The notes under the pieces were generated by a model. The model had not been told where the DNA came from, made no database searches, and saw only the letters and a list, made by a program, of their open reading frames with translations. The translations under genes were made by a program, and so were the position numbers. DNA of 64,000 nt, from positions 90,599 through 154,598 of the forward strand of contig MFQC01000008.1 in assembly GCA_001784285.1 (NCBI GenBank), written 5' to 3'. This document shows, in pieces, positions 39,225-49,707 of the stretch; positions within the stretch are counted from its first letter, which is position 1, and each line of letters opens with the position of its first letter. Source of the stretch: Candidatus Magasanikbacteria bacterium RIFCSPHIGHO2_02_FULL_48_18. GTDB lineage: Bacteria; Patescibacteriota; Patescibacteriia; Magasanikbacterales; UBA922.

Positions 39225-40520
39225 ATGCGAGAAAAAATTCATATTGACAAATTTGTTTTTGGCGGACAAGGATTGGGGCGTCTTTCAAACGGAAAGGTGG
39301 CATTTGTGTGGAATGCCATTCCGGGCGAAGACGTGCTGTTTGAACCGGTGAAGAATAAAAAGGAATATGTGGAGGGTATTGCGACCGACATTCTTGCACC
39401 GTCTTTGCACAGGATTCCTCCGGCAGAGCCGTCGTTTTTGTCGACCAGCCCGTGGCAGATAATCGATTTTTCCTATGAACAAGAGGTAAAGCAAGCGATT
39501 GCGGCTGAAACGTATGCAAAAATTGGCGATTTGGTGATACACCCTTCGGACATATCCATTGATTCTGACGGGCGCATGTTTGGATACCGAAATAAAATGG
39601 AATTTAGTTTTGCGTTTGGACATGATGGACGGCCTGCGCTGGCTTTTTTTGAACGGGGGAAAAAGGTGAAAATTCCGGTTTTGGATTCGGCGCTTGCGAA
39701 TCCCGCGATCAATGAGGCGGCTCAAAAAATACTTGCGTGGATTGAGGGGCAACAGATTCCGTTGCGAAGCCTCAAGAGTTTGATTGTTCGATCGGCTCGG
39801 TCAACAGATTCTCCAAAAGACGCAACCATTGCCGCGTTGTTTCTCAAAGATCGTTTGCCGTTTTCCCAGTTTCCATCGCTCGATACTCATTTTGCTGGGT
39901 TTCAGCTTTATTATTCAACGCATAAAAGTCCGGCGTCGGTGCCAACCGAACTTCTGTTTGCACAAGGACAAGACACGTTAACCCAGTCACTCTTAGGAAC
40001 CCCGCTTCAATTTGGCATATTGAGTTTTTTTCAAGTCAACCCGCCCTTGTTTGAGCGTGCCCTTCAGGATATTGCCGCGTTTTTGGAACCCCGCACGCCC
40101 ATTGTTGATTTATATTCCGGTGTTGGCGCTATCAGTCTGCCGCTTTCGCGGCATCGATTGGAGGCGATACTGGCAGATAATAGCGAAGAAGCGATTTTCT
40201 ATGCGAAAAAAAATATTGCCATGAACGGGCTTTCACAGTGCAGTGCATTGTGCGTTCCAGCGGAAAATATGACGGACGCTATTGCGTCCGAGAAAGTCCT
40301 TCTGGTTGACCCGCCTCGGGCCGGTCTTCATGAAAAAGTAATCCGCGCCATTTTGTCCCAAAAACCAACGCGGGTTATCTATTTGTCGTGTGATATTGCA
40401 ACCCAGGCGCGGGATATGCGTTTGTTGAGCGAATGCTATGTGGTCTCTTTTCTCAAGCTCTACAATTTTTTTCCTCGAACGCCGCATATCGAAGGGCTTT
40501 GCGTTTTGGATCTTTTGTGA
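39225..40520 (+). CDS. 23S rRNA (uracil-C5)-methyltransferase RlmD/RumA-like (TRAM domain plus class I SAM methyltransferase)
   Basis: N-terminal TRAM-like KIHIDKFVFGGQGLGRL, SAM-binding DLYSGVGAISLPL, and catalytic LVDPPRAG plus a C-terminal Cys nucleophile region. Confidence 0.8.
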   Translation: MREKIHIDKFVFGGQGLGRLSNGKVAFVWNAIPGEDVLFEPVKNKKEYVEGIATDILAPSLHRIPPAEPSFLSTSPWQIIDFSYEQEVKQAIAAETYAKIGDLVIHPSDISIDSDGRMFGYRNKMEFSFAFGHDGRPALAFFERGKKVKIPVLDSALANPAINEAAQKILAWIEGQQIPLRSLKSLIVRSARSTDSPKDATIAALFLKDRLPFSQFPSLDTHFAGFQLYYSTHKSPASVPTELLFAQGQDTLTQSLLGTPLQFGILSFFQVNPPLFERALQDIAAFLEPRTPIVDLYSGVGAISLPLSRHRLEAILADNSEEAIFYAKKNIAMNGLSQCSALCVPAENMTDAIASEKVLLVDPPRAGLHEKVIRAILSQKPTRVIYLSCDIATQARDMRLLSECYVVSFLKLYNFFPRTPHIEGLCVLDLL

Positions 40521-40543
40521 TAAAAGAAGTATTATTGGTGCAT

Positions 40544-41374
40544 ATGCACGAGCAATATGTTTGGCATAATAAAGGGTTGATTCCAAAAGAAGAAGCCCGT
40601 GTTCCCATTGGCAATATCGCGGCCATGTATGGCTTTGGCGTGTATGAAAATGTTCGTTTCCGAAACGGCCGAGTTTTCTTTTTGGATCGGCATATCGACC
40701 GTCTTTTTCGTTCCGCCGCGCTTATCGGGCTTGAACATTTTTTTTTGGCGTCCGCTGTTCGTGAAGGAGCACAGGCGCTCGTTCTCAAAAATTATGTTAC
40801 AGACGCAAACATGAAGATGGTGCTCCTGGGCGGAAAAACCGCCGAGGATGCTCAGCTTTTTTTAATGGCGCTTGCGCCGAAATTTGTGGAAAAGTCCGTC
40901 TATCGGAAAGGCGTGCGTGTTTTGGCCAGGCACTATGAACGATTTTTGCCGCAGGCAAAAACATTGAATATGTTGCCAAGCTATCTCTTTTTCCGTGAGG
41001 CGGAAAAGGCAGGCGCGTATGATACCATTTTGGTGAATCGTGAAGGGAACATCACCGAGGGTACCAGGTCAAACATATTTGTCATCCGTGGCGAGCATAT
41101 TATCACGCCCGCAAGGGAGCATGTTTTGCTGGGTGTTACGAGAGAGACGGTTATTGAATGTCTCAGAGAACACGGGTATACTGTCAAGGAGCAATCAGTC
41201 CCATTGGACCGGATTGGGGAATATGAAGGCGCTTTTTTGACGAATACTTCGGGAAAAGTGGTCCCCACACGGAAAATAGACGAACACGAATTTTCTTCCA
41301 TTCCAGAGCTGGTTCGCTCCGCAATGGCATGGTATGATGCGTGGCTTGAGACGAAAGGCGAGTCCTTGATATAA
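40544..41374 (+). CDS. Class IV (branched-chain amino acid / D-amino acid) aminotransferase
   Basis: Fold-type IV PLP enzyme pattern: ...GFGVYENVRFRNGRVFFLDRHIDRLFRSA... and ...EGTRSNIFVIRGEHIITPA... Confidence 0.8.
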   Translation: MHEQYVWHNKGLIPKEEARVPIGNIAAMYGFGVYENVRFRNGRVFFLDRHIDRLFRSAALIGLEHFFLASAVREGAQALVLKNYVTDANMKMVLLGGKTAEDAQLFLMALAPKFVEKSVYRKGVRVLARHYERFLPQAKTLNMLPSYLFFREAEKAGAYDTILVNREGNITEGTRSNIFVIRGEHIITPAREHVLLGVTRETVIECLREHGYTVKEQSVPLDRIGEYEGAFLTNTSGKVVPTRKIDEHEFSSIPELVRSAMAWYDAWLETKGESLI

Positions 41375-41407
41375 GACGAGTATTTTAAAACGTAGCGAAA
41401 ACGCACT

Positions 41408-42052
41408 ATGTCCGAAACAACAAAACGGGTCGTTTTATGGGGGGGAACCATTCTTGGTCTTTTTTTATTTGTCGTGCTTTTGGCAAAGTTGGGCGCCGGA
41501 GGCTCGTCCGGGGTATTGTCAGATGACGTCGGCCCCGATGATCACACGCAAGGAACGCAGGGAGCGGCGGTGGTGTTGATCGAATACAGCGATTTTCAAT
41601 GTCCTGCCTGCAAGGCCACGTATCCGATAGTCAAAAAGATTGCAGAAGAATATCAGGACAAGATTCTTTTTTCCTATCGCGATTTTCCGCTTGAGCAAAT
41701 TCACGCCCAGGCATTCTTGGCGGCGCAAGCCGCAGAGGCGGCCGGAATGCAGGGAAAATTTTGGGATATGCATGATGTGTTGTTCAATACGCAAGCAACA
41801 TGGTCGGGCATCGGCGCGGCGGAAGATTTTTTTGTAGCGCTCGCCGATTCCATTGGCCTCAACCAAGAACAATTTAAAGCGGATTTGTATTCTGATTCGG
41901 TAAAAAAGAAGGTTCAGGACGACATCGAATCGGGCAATGCATCCGGCGTCAATGCCACACCCGCGTTTTTTCTCAACGGAACACAAATAACCCATCCCGG
42001 ATCGTATGACGGATTCAAAAAAATCATTGATGATGCACTTGCCAATTCCTAA
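41408..42052 (+). CDS. DsbA-family thiol:disulfide oxidoreductase with N-terminal membrane anchor
   Basis: Thioredoxin fold with active site C-P-A-C (YSDFQCPACKATYP) and an N-terminal TM helix. Confidence 0.85.
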   Translation: MSETTKRVVLWGGTILGLFLFVVLLAKLGAGGSSGVLSDDVGPDDHTQGTQGAAVVLIEYSDFQCPACKATYPIVKKIAEEYQDKILFSYRDFPLEQIHAQAFLAAQAAEAAGMQGKFWDMHDVLFNTQATWSGIGAAEDFFVALADSIGLNQEQFKADLYSDSVKKKVQDDIESGNASGVNATPAFFLNGTQITHPGSYDGFKKIIDDALANS

Positions 42053-42506
42053 ATGGCTCCCGTTCGCATTTCTTCTTGTCTCATTTCTTGGTTTTTTGGA
42101 TGCCACCTATTTGACCGTTGCCCATTATGGCGGCGTTGCCCTGGTGTGCGGCGTATTTCAAGGATGCGATGTGGTCACGACGAGTTTGTACGCGACCGTG
42201 TTTGGCATTCCGGTCGCGCTCTTGGGAGCCGTCTATTATTTGGATGTATTTTTCTTTACCCTTCTCTATATTGACACTAAAAAACCGCTCTTTTTTCTTT
42301 TGGCGGCCGGATGGACCGTTGCGGGTCTTTTTGCGTCTGCATGGTTTATGTATCTGCAATTATTTGTCATCCGGCAAATATGCATCTATTGCATCGGGTC
42401 GGCCGCAACGTCGGCGCTTTTGTTTGCATGTGCCGTTTTTTTTGTCTGGCACGGCTTGAAACAAATATCGAACCCGCATCCTGGAGAGCCGCCAGTTCTA
42501 TCATAG
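42030..42506 (+). CDS. Vitamin K epoxide reductase (VKOR) family protein
   Basis: Four-TM protein with the C-x-x-C redox motif (CIYCIGSAA) and loop cysteines (CGVFQGCDVV), directly downstream of DsbA. Confidence 0.8.
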   Translation: MMHLPIPKWLPFAFLLVSFLGFLDATYLTVAHYGGVALVCGVFQGCDVVTTSLYATVFGIPVALLGAVYYLDVFFFTLLYIDTKKPLFFLLAAGWTVAGLFASAWFMYLQLFVIRQICIYCIGSAATSALLFACAVFFVWHGLKQISNPHPGEPPVLS

Positions 42507-42520
42507 AAATAAACTGATGT

Positions 42521-43474
42521 ATGTCGCATATTATTCTTTCAGGTTCATTGGCGTACGATTATATCATGGATTTTCCGGATTCATTTAAGAATCACATTTT
42601 ACCGGACCAGATTCATATTTTGAATGTTTGTTTTGTCGTTGAAAAACTGGAAAAGAATTTTGGCGGCACTGCCGGGAATATCGCATATACCATGGCGCTT
42701 CTCGGCGGGTCGCCGGTTATTGTCTCCTCGGTCGGAAAAGACGGTAAAGAATATATTGAGCGTCTCACGATGCTTGGCATTGAAACCGGAGGAGTGGTTC
42801 AATCACAGGAGCGGATGACCGCCTCCGCGTACATTACGACCGATAAAGACGACAACCAGGTGACCGCATTTTATCCCGGGACATTGGACGAAGCGCCGTC
42901 GTTGTCTGCTTTCTCAGAAAAATCGGAGGCAACGTTTGCGATTATTGGTCCAACCAACAAAACCATCATGTTGCGGCACGCGAAAGAATGCCACGACTCC
43001 AGAATTCCCTTTGTGTTTGATCCGGGCCAACAAATTACGGCGCTCAACCCCCAAGAATTGATGCAGGCGATCGGGCAGGCCGCGTTTTTGATTGGCAATG
43101 ATTATGAAATGAAGATGATAGAACAAAAAACCGGTTGGGATACGCGCGCCCTTTTGGATCATGTGGATGTGGTTATTGTGACAATGGGCGAACGCGGATC
43201 GGTGGTTGTGACCAAAGATCAGACCTATGAAATTGAGGCGGTAAAACCGCGTTCGGTTGATGACCCGACAGGGGCTGGAGACGCCTACCGCGCAGGATTT
43301 TTTTTGGCATATAGCCGTGGAAACAATTTTGAGACCTGCGGCCGCGTGGGGAGCGTGGCCGCCGCATATGCCATTGAACATTATGGAACACAGCACCATA
43401 CATTTGCCCAAAATGAGTTTGTGGAACGGTACGAGAGGGCATATGGCGGTACGCTCGATTGGACATACCAATAA
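42521..43474 (+). CDS. PfkB-family carbohydrate/nucleoside kinase (adenosine kinase or ribokinase-like)
   Basis: Motifs GGTAGNIAYTMALLGG and the anion hole DPTGAGDAYRAGF. Confidence 0.8.
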   Translation: MSHIILSGSLAYDYIMDFPDSFKNHILPDQIHILNVCFVVEKLEKNFGGTAGNIAYTMALLGGSPVIVSSVGKDGKEYIERLTMLGIETGGVVQSQERMTASAYITTDKDDNQVTAFYPGTLDEAPSLSAFSEKSEATFAIIGPTNKTIMLRHAKECHDSRIPFVFDPGQQITALNPQELMQAIGQAAFLIGNDYEMKMIEQKTGWDTRALLDHVDVVIVTMGERGSVVVTKDQTYEIEAVKPRSVDDPTGAGDAYRAGFFLAYSRGNNFETCGRVGSVAAAYAIEHYGTQHHTFAQNEFVERYERAYGGTLDWTYQ

Positions 43475-44451
43475 AAGGCTTGATTTTTATGTTTTTTTCT
43501 ATTTTTTTCTTGCTTATTGGACTTGCCATTTTGCTTTTTGGCGGCGAGGTATTTGTTCGAGGGTCCGCGTCATTTGCGAGGCGTCTTCGCGTGCCTCCTC
43601 TTGTGATCGGGCTCACCATTGTGGCGTTTGGAACGTCTGCTCCGGAATTGATCGTCAATATCTTTGCCGCGCTGAGAGGCGCTTCCGATATTGCCATGGG
43701 CAATATTTTGGGGAGCAATATCGTCAATATTTTGTTTATTTTAGGCATTGCCGCGGTGGTTCGCCCGCTTTCGGTTAAAGAAAACACGACATGGAAAGAA
43801 ATTCCTCTGGGCATTCTTTCTGTTGTCGTCCTCTTTTTGCTGGGGAATGACGTCATGTTTGGAAACAACGGCGCGGATGTGTTGACGCGGGCCGACGGAC
43901 TGATCCTCATCAGTTTTTTTATTATTTTTTTGTATTACACGTACGGCCTTAGCAAAGTGGAAGGCGAAAAGCAGGATCTTGCGACATACAGCACCCGCCG
44001 GTCGGTGGCATATATTATTGGCGGCGTTATCGCCCTGGCGCTCGGAGGAAAATTCATGGTTGACGGCGCGGTTGCGCTCGCGCGCATGGCGGGAGTTTCC
44101 GAATTATTGATCGGACTTACCATAACCGCTGTGGGGACGTCTCTTCCCGAACTCGTGACCTCTGTCATTGCCGCGTACCGCGGGCATGTGGCAATTGCGG
44201 TCGGCAATGTGGTGGGGTCAAATATCTTTAATATATTGTGGATTTTGGGCATTACGCCGGTCATTGCGCCGATCGCGTTGCCCGAGTCAATCAATGTGGA
44301 TCTCGCGATGGCGTTTATCGCGTCTATGTTATTGTTTTTGGTCATGTTTGTCGGCGGAAAAAAGCATCGTCATGTGCTTCGGCGCTCTGAGGGCATTTTT
44401 TTTGTTTTGTGTTATATTGCCTATATTATGTTTGTTGTCTTTCGGGGATAA
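43459..44451 (+). CDS. Ca2+/Na+ antiporter (CaCA family, YrbG-like)
   Basis: Two alpha-repeats with GTSAPEL / GTSLPEL signature motifs. Confidence 0.85.
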   Translation: MDIPIKGLIFMFFSIFFLLIGLAILLFGGEVFVRGSASFARRLRVPPLVIGLTIVAFGTSAPELIVNIFAALRGASDIAMGNILGSNIVNILFILGIAAVVRPLSVKENTTWKEIPLGILSVVVLFLLGNDVMFGNNGADVLTRADGLILISFFIIFLYYTYGLSKVEGEKQDLATYSTRRSVAYIIGGVIALALGGKFMVDGAVALARMAGVSELLIGLTITAVGTSLPELVTSVIAAYRGHVAIAVGNVVGSNIFNILWILGITPVIAPIALPESINVDLAMAFIASMLLFLVMFVGGKKHRHVLRRSEGIFFVLCYIAYIMFVVFRG

Positions 44452-44468
44452 ACATGTAATTTTTTTCT

Positions 44469-45899
44469 ATGAATCAAACCGATCAGTACAAGGTGAAAGA
44501 CCTGTCGCTTGCCGAATTGGGAAGAAAAGAAATTGAAATTGCGGAAAAAGAAATGCCTGGTCTCATGGCAATTCGGGAGCGGTATAGAGAGGGAAAACCG
44601 TTGAATGGCGTGAATGTTACCGGGTCGCTTCACATGACAATTCAAACCGCGGTTTTGATTGAAACGCTCGCGGCCCTCGGCGCCAACGTGCGGTGGGCGA
44701 GTTGTAATATTTTTTCGACCCAGGATCATGCGGCGGCGGCAATTGCCAAAGCAGGCATTCCTGTGTTTGCCTGGAAAGGGGAAACGCTTGAAGAGTATTG
44801 GTGGTGCACGGAGCGCGCGCTTGATTTTGACAACGGAAAGGGGCCGGATCTCATTGTTGACGATGGCGGCGATGCGACGCTTATGATTCATCAAGGAGTG
44901 GCTGTAGAAAAAAATCCTTCTCTTTTGGAAAAAGATTTTTCAAAGGAGGGAGAGGATTTCCAGGAACTCATGAAACGCCTTGGAGAAGAATATCAAAAAA
45001 ATTCGGTGCGGTGGCAAACAGTGGCAAAAGGGGTAAAAGGAGTCTCGGAAGAAACCACAACGGGCGTGCATCGCCTGTACCAAATGGAAAAAGAAAAAGC
45101 GCTGTTGTTCCCTGCCATCAATGTGAATGATTCGGTGACCAAATCAAAATTTGACAATATCTATGGATGCCGCCATTCGGTGGTGGATGGGCTGAATCGA
45201 GCCATGGATGTGATGCTTTCGGGAAAAGTTGCGGTAGTGTGCGGATATGGCGATGTGGGAAAAGGATGCGCCCAAGCATTGAAGGGCCAAGGGTGCCGCG
45301 TTATCGTGACCGAGATCGACCCGATCTGCGCGCTCCAGGCGGCCATGGAAGGATATGAAGTGACGACACTTGAAGAGACGCTTGGACGAGCGGATATCTA
45401 CGTGACCACAACCGGCAATAAAGACATTATTCGCGTCGAGCACATGGAGCGCATGAAAGATCAGGCGGTCGTGTGCAATATCGGGCACTTTGATAATGAA
45501 ATTCAAGTGACGCTTCTCAATGAGCGAAAGGATGTCCGCCGGATTACGATTAAACCGCAGGTTGATAAATATATATTTCCCCCCACGGCGGACAGGCCCA
45601 ATGGCCATGAAATGTATTTGCTTGCGGAAGGACGGCTGGTCAATTTGGGATGTGCGACCGGCCACCCCAGCTTTGTTATGAGCAACAGCTTTAGCAATCA
45701 GGTATTGGCGCAGATTGATTTGTGGAAAGGAACATATGCGATTGGCGTGTATACATTGCCAAAGAAATTGGACGAAGAGGTCGCGCGGCTTCACCTTGAA
45801 AAAATCGGGATACGGTTGACCACGCTGACCGAAGAGCAGGCGCGGTATATCGGCGTTCCGGTCGAGGGTCCGTATAAATCGGAATGGTATCGCTATTAG
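44469..45899 (+). CDS. ahcY: Adenosylhomocysteinase (S-adenosyl-L-homocysteine hydrolase)
   Basis: 476 aa with an NAD-binding [10 protein letters not shown] motif and conserved SAHH substrate-binding regions. Confidence 0.95.
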   Translation: MNQTDQYKVKDLSLAELGRKEIEIAEKEMPGLMAIRERYREGKPLNGVNVTGSLHMTIQTAVLIETLAALGANVRWASCNIFSTQDHAAAAIAKAGIPVFAWKGETLEEYWWCTERALDFDNGKGPDLIVDDGGDATLMIHQGVAVEKNPSLLEKDFSKEGEDFQELMKRLGEEYQKNSVRWQTVAKGVKGVSEETTTGVHRLYQMEKEKALLFPAINVNDSVTKSKFDNIYGCRHSVVDGLNRAMDVMLSGKVAVVCGYGDVGKGCAQALKGQGCRVIVTEIDPICALQAAMEGYEVTTLEETLGRADIYVTTTGNKDIIRVEHMERMKDQAVVCNIGHFDNEIQVTLLNERKDVRRITIKPQVDKYIFPPTADRPNGHEMYLLAEGRLVNLGCATGHPSFVMSNSFSNQVLAQIDLWKGTYAIGVYTLPKKLDEEVARLHLEKIGIRLTTLTEEQARYIGVPVEGPYKSEWYRY

Positions 45900-45924
45900 G
45901 ATTTTTGAAACGGTGTTATCCAAA

Positions 45925-45952
45925 AAAACCGTGGGGTATCCACGGTTTTATC
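45925..45952 (+). terminator. Terminator hairpin after ahcY
   Basis: AAAAAAACCGTGGGGTATCCACGGTTTTATC. Confidence 0.6.
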
Positions 45953-45995
45953 ATGTTGAAAAAAACTCCAAAATAGGGTTAAATGAAGGATATCT

Positions 45996-47222
45996 ATGAT
46001 GGTCTATTTTATCATTCTTTGTCTCTTTCTCCTTCTCTCCGCGTCTTTCTCCGCGGCCGAGGTGGCGTTCATATCTTTGACAAACGCCAAAATTGAGGCC
46101 ATGATCAAGCGAAAACTTCCACGAGCGGAGCTTATCAAAAAATTAAAGTCCAACCCCAGGCGCCTGTTGATTGTTGTTTTGATTGGGAACAACGTGGTCA
46201 ATATCGGGAGCGCGTCTTTGGCAACCATTGTGGCCTCGACGCTGTTTGATTCGGCTGTCTTTGGCATTACCACCGGAGTTATGACATTGATTATTTTGAT
46301 TTTTGGCGAGATTCTTCCCAAAAGTTATGCCGTGAATCATCAAAAGCGATTAGCGATTTTTTTTGCGCCTCTGCTTTTATTTTTTTACTATTTATTTTTC
46401 CCCGTGGTTGTGATTTTTGAATGGTTTTCAGCTCTTCTTACCGGGGACCACGTGGAAGAAAAAGTCAGCGAGGAAGAATTGAAAGCGCTCGTAAAAGCAG
46501 GAGTAAAACAAGGAACGATTGAACACGAAGAAGACCAAATGATCCATCGTTTGTTTGCTTTAAACGATATTACAGCCGAAGACATTATGATACCCAGGGT
46601 GCAGATGATTTCTATCGGCGCTGATCAATCCATTGACAAGGCCGCGGGAATTATTGAGCGCCACCCGTTTAGCCGGTTCCCAATTATCGACCAATCACCT
46701 GATCGAGTGATTGGGTTTGTTCATTCCCGGGACGTGTTGTTGGCATACCATACGGATGCCGAACACACGCCGATTAAAAAAATTATCCGTCCCATTGTGG
46801 TGGTTCCCAAACAAATGCGCATTGACGACATTATGCGCGAATTTCAAAAAACACGAACCCATATGGCGATCGTGGTTGACGAGTACGGCGGCACGGAAGG
46901 TATTGTGACATTTGAAGACATTATTGAAGAATTGTTGGGGGATATCGAGGATGAATCTGACATTGATAACACGCGCATCAGTCGAATTGATACAAAAACC
47001 ATTCTTGTCGCAGGGGATACGGATATTCGTGATATTAATCGCGCGCTCAAGTCTTCTCTTCCCGGGGATGATTTTGATACCATTGCCGAAGTGCTTTTGG
47101 ACGCGTTTCATAAACTGCCGCAGAAAGGAGACCAGGCAACACTTGGGAATGCGGAATGCACCGTGGAAGAAGTGAAAAAACGCCGGATTCAAAAAGTGAA
47201 AGTTGTTCGTCTCTATGCCTGA
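45996..47222 (+). CDS. CNNM/HlyC-CorC family transporter (DUF21 plus CBS pair plus CorC_HlyC)
   Basis: N-terminal 4-TM DUF21, tandem CBS domains and a C-terminal CorC/HlyC transporter-associated domain. Confidence 0.85.
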   Translation: MMVYFIILCLFLLLSASFSAAEVAFISLTNAKIEAMIKRKLPRAELIKKLKSNPRRLLIVVLIGNNVVNIGSASLATIVASTLFDSAVFGITTGVMTLIILIFGEILPKSYAVNHQKRLAIFFAPLLLFFYYLFFPVVVIFEWFSALLTGDHVEEKVSEEELKALVKAGVKQGTIEHEEDQMIHRLFALNDITAEDIMIPRVQMISIGADQSIDKAAGIIERHPFSRFPIIDQSPDRVIGFVHSRDVLLAYHTDAEHTPIKKIIRPIVVVPKQMRIDDIMREFQKTRTHMAIVVDEYGGTEGIVTFEDIIEELLGDIEDESDIDNTRISRIDTKTILVAGDTDIRDINRALKSSLPGDDFDTIAEVLLDAFHKLPQKGDQATLGNAECTVEEVKKRRIQKVKVVRLYA

Positions 47223-47226
47223 AACA

Positions 47227-48003
47227 ATGCGCATTCATAAATATATGGCTATACAAGGGATGTGTTCTCGCAGAAAAGCAGAGGAATTGATTCGCGCTGG
47301 AAAAGTGCGATTGAATGGCAGGGTCGTAACGACAATGGGGCGCATGATTGATCCATTGAAAGACACGGTTGAAATCATCGGAGATCGGGCATATTCGAAA
47401 TCTGGCGCACCCATAATCCCCAAAGCCCCAGTAATCGAAGATTCAAAATTGTATATTGCCCTCAATAAACCGGTTGGATATATTACGAGTGCGTCGAACA
47501 CCCAGGGTCAGTCGGTCATTGATCTTATGACCCCGGATCAATGCATGCAGAGAAACAGCAAAAAATTTCTTTTTGGCAAAGACCGTCCGCCACGAGTATT
47601 CCCCGTTGGACGCCTGGATAAAGATTCCGAAGGGTTGGTGCTGTTAACCAATGATGGCGACCTGGCCAATAGAGTAACCCATCCGCGGTATGAGCATGAA
47701 AAAGAATATGATGTGGTGATTGATCATCCGCTCACAAGAGACGCAAAAAAAGTGTTGGAACACGGCATGAAGTTGGACGATGATATCGTTGGAGGAGTGG
47801 ACATTATAAAAGAGTTTAATAAGGGAAGACAAACCATTGTAACTGTTATGTTAACCGAAGGAAAAAATCGCCAAATACGAAAAATGTTCGGCCGTCTTGG
47901 CTATGTCGTTCATACGCTTCGCCGGACAAGAATAGGAAAGCTGAAATTGGGCGTATTGCCGGTGGGGCGGTGGAGATTTGTCAGAAAAGAACATATTGTG
48001 TAA
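47227..48003 (+). CDS. Pseudouridine synthase, RsuA/RluB family (S4 domain plus catalytic domain)
   Basis: S4 RNA-binding MRIHKYMAIQGMCSRRKAEELIRAGKVRLNG and the catalytic Asp motif VGRLDKDSEGLVLLTNDG. Confidence 0.85.
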   Translation: MRIHKYMAIQGMCSRRKAEELIRAGKVRLNGRVVTTMGRMIDPLKDTVEIIGDRAYSKSGAPIIPKAPVIEDSKLYIALNKPVGYITSASNTQGQSVIDLMTPDQCMQRNSKKFLFGKDRPPRVFPVGRLDKDSEGLVLLTNDGDLANRVTHPRYEHEKEYDVVIDHPLTRDAKKVLEHGMKLDDDIVGGVDIIKEFNKGRQTIVTVMLTEGKNRQIRKMFGRLGYVVHTLRRTRIGKLKLGVLPVGRWRFVRKEHIV

Positions 48004-48013
48004 GCCAGACTGT

Positions 48014-49588
48014 ATGCGCAAATTGCTTCTTCTCATTCTCGATGGATGGGGCATCAATACGAATTTAAAAAATAATGCGATTGCGGAAGCTAATCCATCT
48101 TTTTGGAATCATCTTGTACAAGAGTATCCGTTTAGCGCGCTCCATTGCCGTGAAGAATCAGTCGGCGTACCGAAGGGGTGTCTTTCCAACTCCGAAGTGG
48201 GCCACACCGCGATCGGCGCCGGACGGGTAGTGCCGCAGAGCGCGTTTGCGATTGATGAGGCAATTCAAAGCAAGGCATTTTTTGATAATCGTGTATTTGT
48301 AAAAATTCAAGAACACCACACGGCTTCTGGTGGCGCGCTCCACCTTGTCGGGCTTTTGAGTAATGGCGGCATTCATGGACATATTGATCATGTGATTGCG
48401 CTTTTGGAGTGGGCACAACAAAAAAAAATGGACAATGTGTTCCTCCATCTTTTTTTGGATGGCCGCGACATGCCGCCGATGAGCGCCCTTACTCTTTTGA
48501 AAAAATTGGAGCCGTTTCTGAATGATACCGTTCAGATTGCTTCTGTGTGCGGCCGGGCGATTGCCATGGATCGCTCGGAAACGTGGGAAAGAACGGTGAG
48601 TGCATATAATACACTGCTGGCTGTCCAGCCCCTTACCCCCCTCTTGATCTCCCACGCGGGGGAGGAGAGATTTGGCGCTTCTGCCATGGTTGAGATGAGC
48701 ACGATGAACGTAACAACATATATAGAACAGAATTATGCCGAAGGCGTGGGTGATGAATTTATCCAACCCGCTCGGTTTTGTGATGCGGGGATACAAGATA
48801 ACGACGCGGTGATCTTTTTTAATTTTCGCGCCGACCGCATGCGGCAAATGGTACGGTTGTTTTTGAAAAAAGCGCCGTCTGCAATACAACAGCATATTAT
48901 GGTGCCAAAAAATCTTTTTTTGTCAAGTCTGACGAGTTACAATGATGATTTTGACGCACACGTCATGCCTTTTTTTCCAAAAGAAATTCCAAAAAATAAT
49001 ATGGGAGAATGGCTCAGTACAAAAGGATTGACGCAGTTTCGCATTACGGAAACTGAAAAATACGCGCACGTCACATTTTTTTTCAATGGCGGGCAAGAAG
49101 TGACGTTTCCCGGAGAAGAACGGCTACTCATTCCATCGCTTGGCCTCGCCAATTACGCGTCGCATCCGGAAATGAGTTTGCCCGAAGTAACGACGTCACT
49201 CTGCCGCGTGCTCACGCAGGAGCGGTTTGATTTTGTGGTGTGCAATATTGCCAATGGGGATATGGTGGGGCATAGCGGCGACCTTACTGCCGGGATCCGG
49301 GCTGTACAGCACGTTGATACGGCGCTTTCCAAAATTGTGTCAAAAGCGGAAGCATGCGGGTATACGGTCGTGATCACGGCTGACCACGGTAATATTGAAT
49401 ATATGGAACACGAAGGAACACCGCATACCGCGCATACCTTCAACGACGTGCCATTTTTGGTGATTGGGCAAAACGTTTCTCTTGAAAAAAATGGTTATTT
49501 GCACCAGGTAGCACCAACGCTTCTCGAGCTTATGGGCATAGAAAAACCTGCCGAAATGACGAGTGAGTCGTTAATAATGACAAAATAA
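48014..49588 (+). CDS. gpmI: 2,3-bisphosphoglycerate-independent phosphoglycerate mutase
   Basis: N-terminus MRKLLLLILDGWGI and metal-binding DHGN / ADHGN motifs typical of iPGM. Confidence 0.9.
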   Translation: MRKLLLLILDGWGINTNLKNNAIAEANPSFWNHLVQEYPFSALHCREESVGVPKGCLSNSEVGHTAIGAGRVVPQSAFAIDEAIQSKAFFDNRVFVKIQEHHTASGGALHLVGLLSNGGIHGHIDHVIALLEWAQQKKMDNVFLHLFLDGRDMPPMSALTLLKKLEPFLNDTVQIASVCGRAIAMDRSETWERTVSAYNTLLAVQPLTPLLISHAGEERFGASAMVEMSTMNVTTYIEQNYAEGVGDEFIQPARFCDAGIQDNDAVIFFNFRADRMRQMVRLFLKKAPSAIQQHIMVPKNLFLSSLTSYNDDFDAHVMPFFPKEIPKNNMGEWLSTKGLTQFRITETEKYAHVTFFFNGGQEVTFPGEERLLIPSLGLANYASHPEMSLPEVTTSLCRVLTQERFDFVVCNIANGDMVGHSGDLTAGIRAVQHVDTALSKIVSKAEACGYTVVITADHGNIEYMEHEGTPHTAHTFNDVPFLVIGQNVSLEKNGYLHQVAPTLLELMGIEKPAEMTSESLIMTK

Positions 49589-49707
49589 ACCCCGCCATTG
49601 TGGAATGACGGGGCTGTGAGGTATTGAAGAACCCACCGTTGGATCCGCGTTGGGTCGCCTGCCCCGATGAACATCGGGGCGGAAGGCAGTGCGGTGGTGG
49701 GTGTGGT

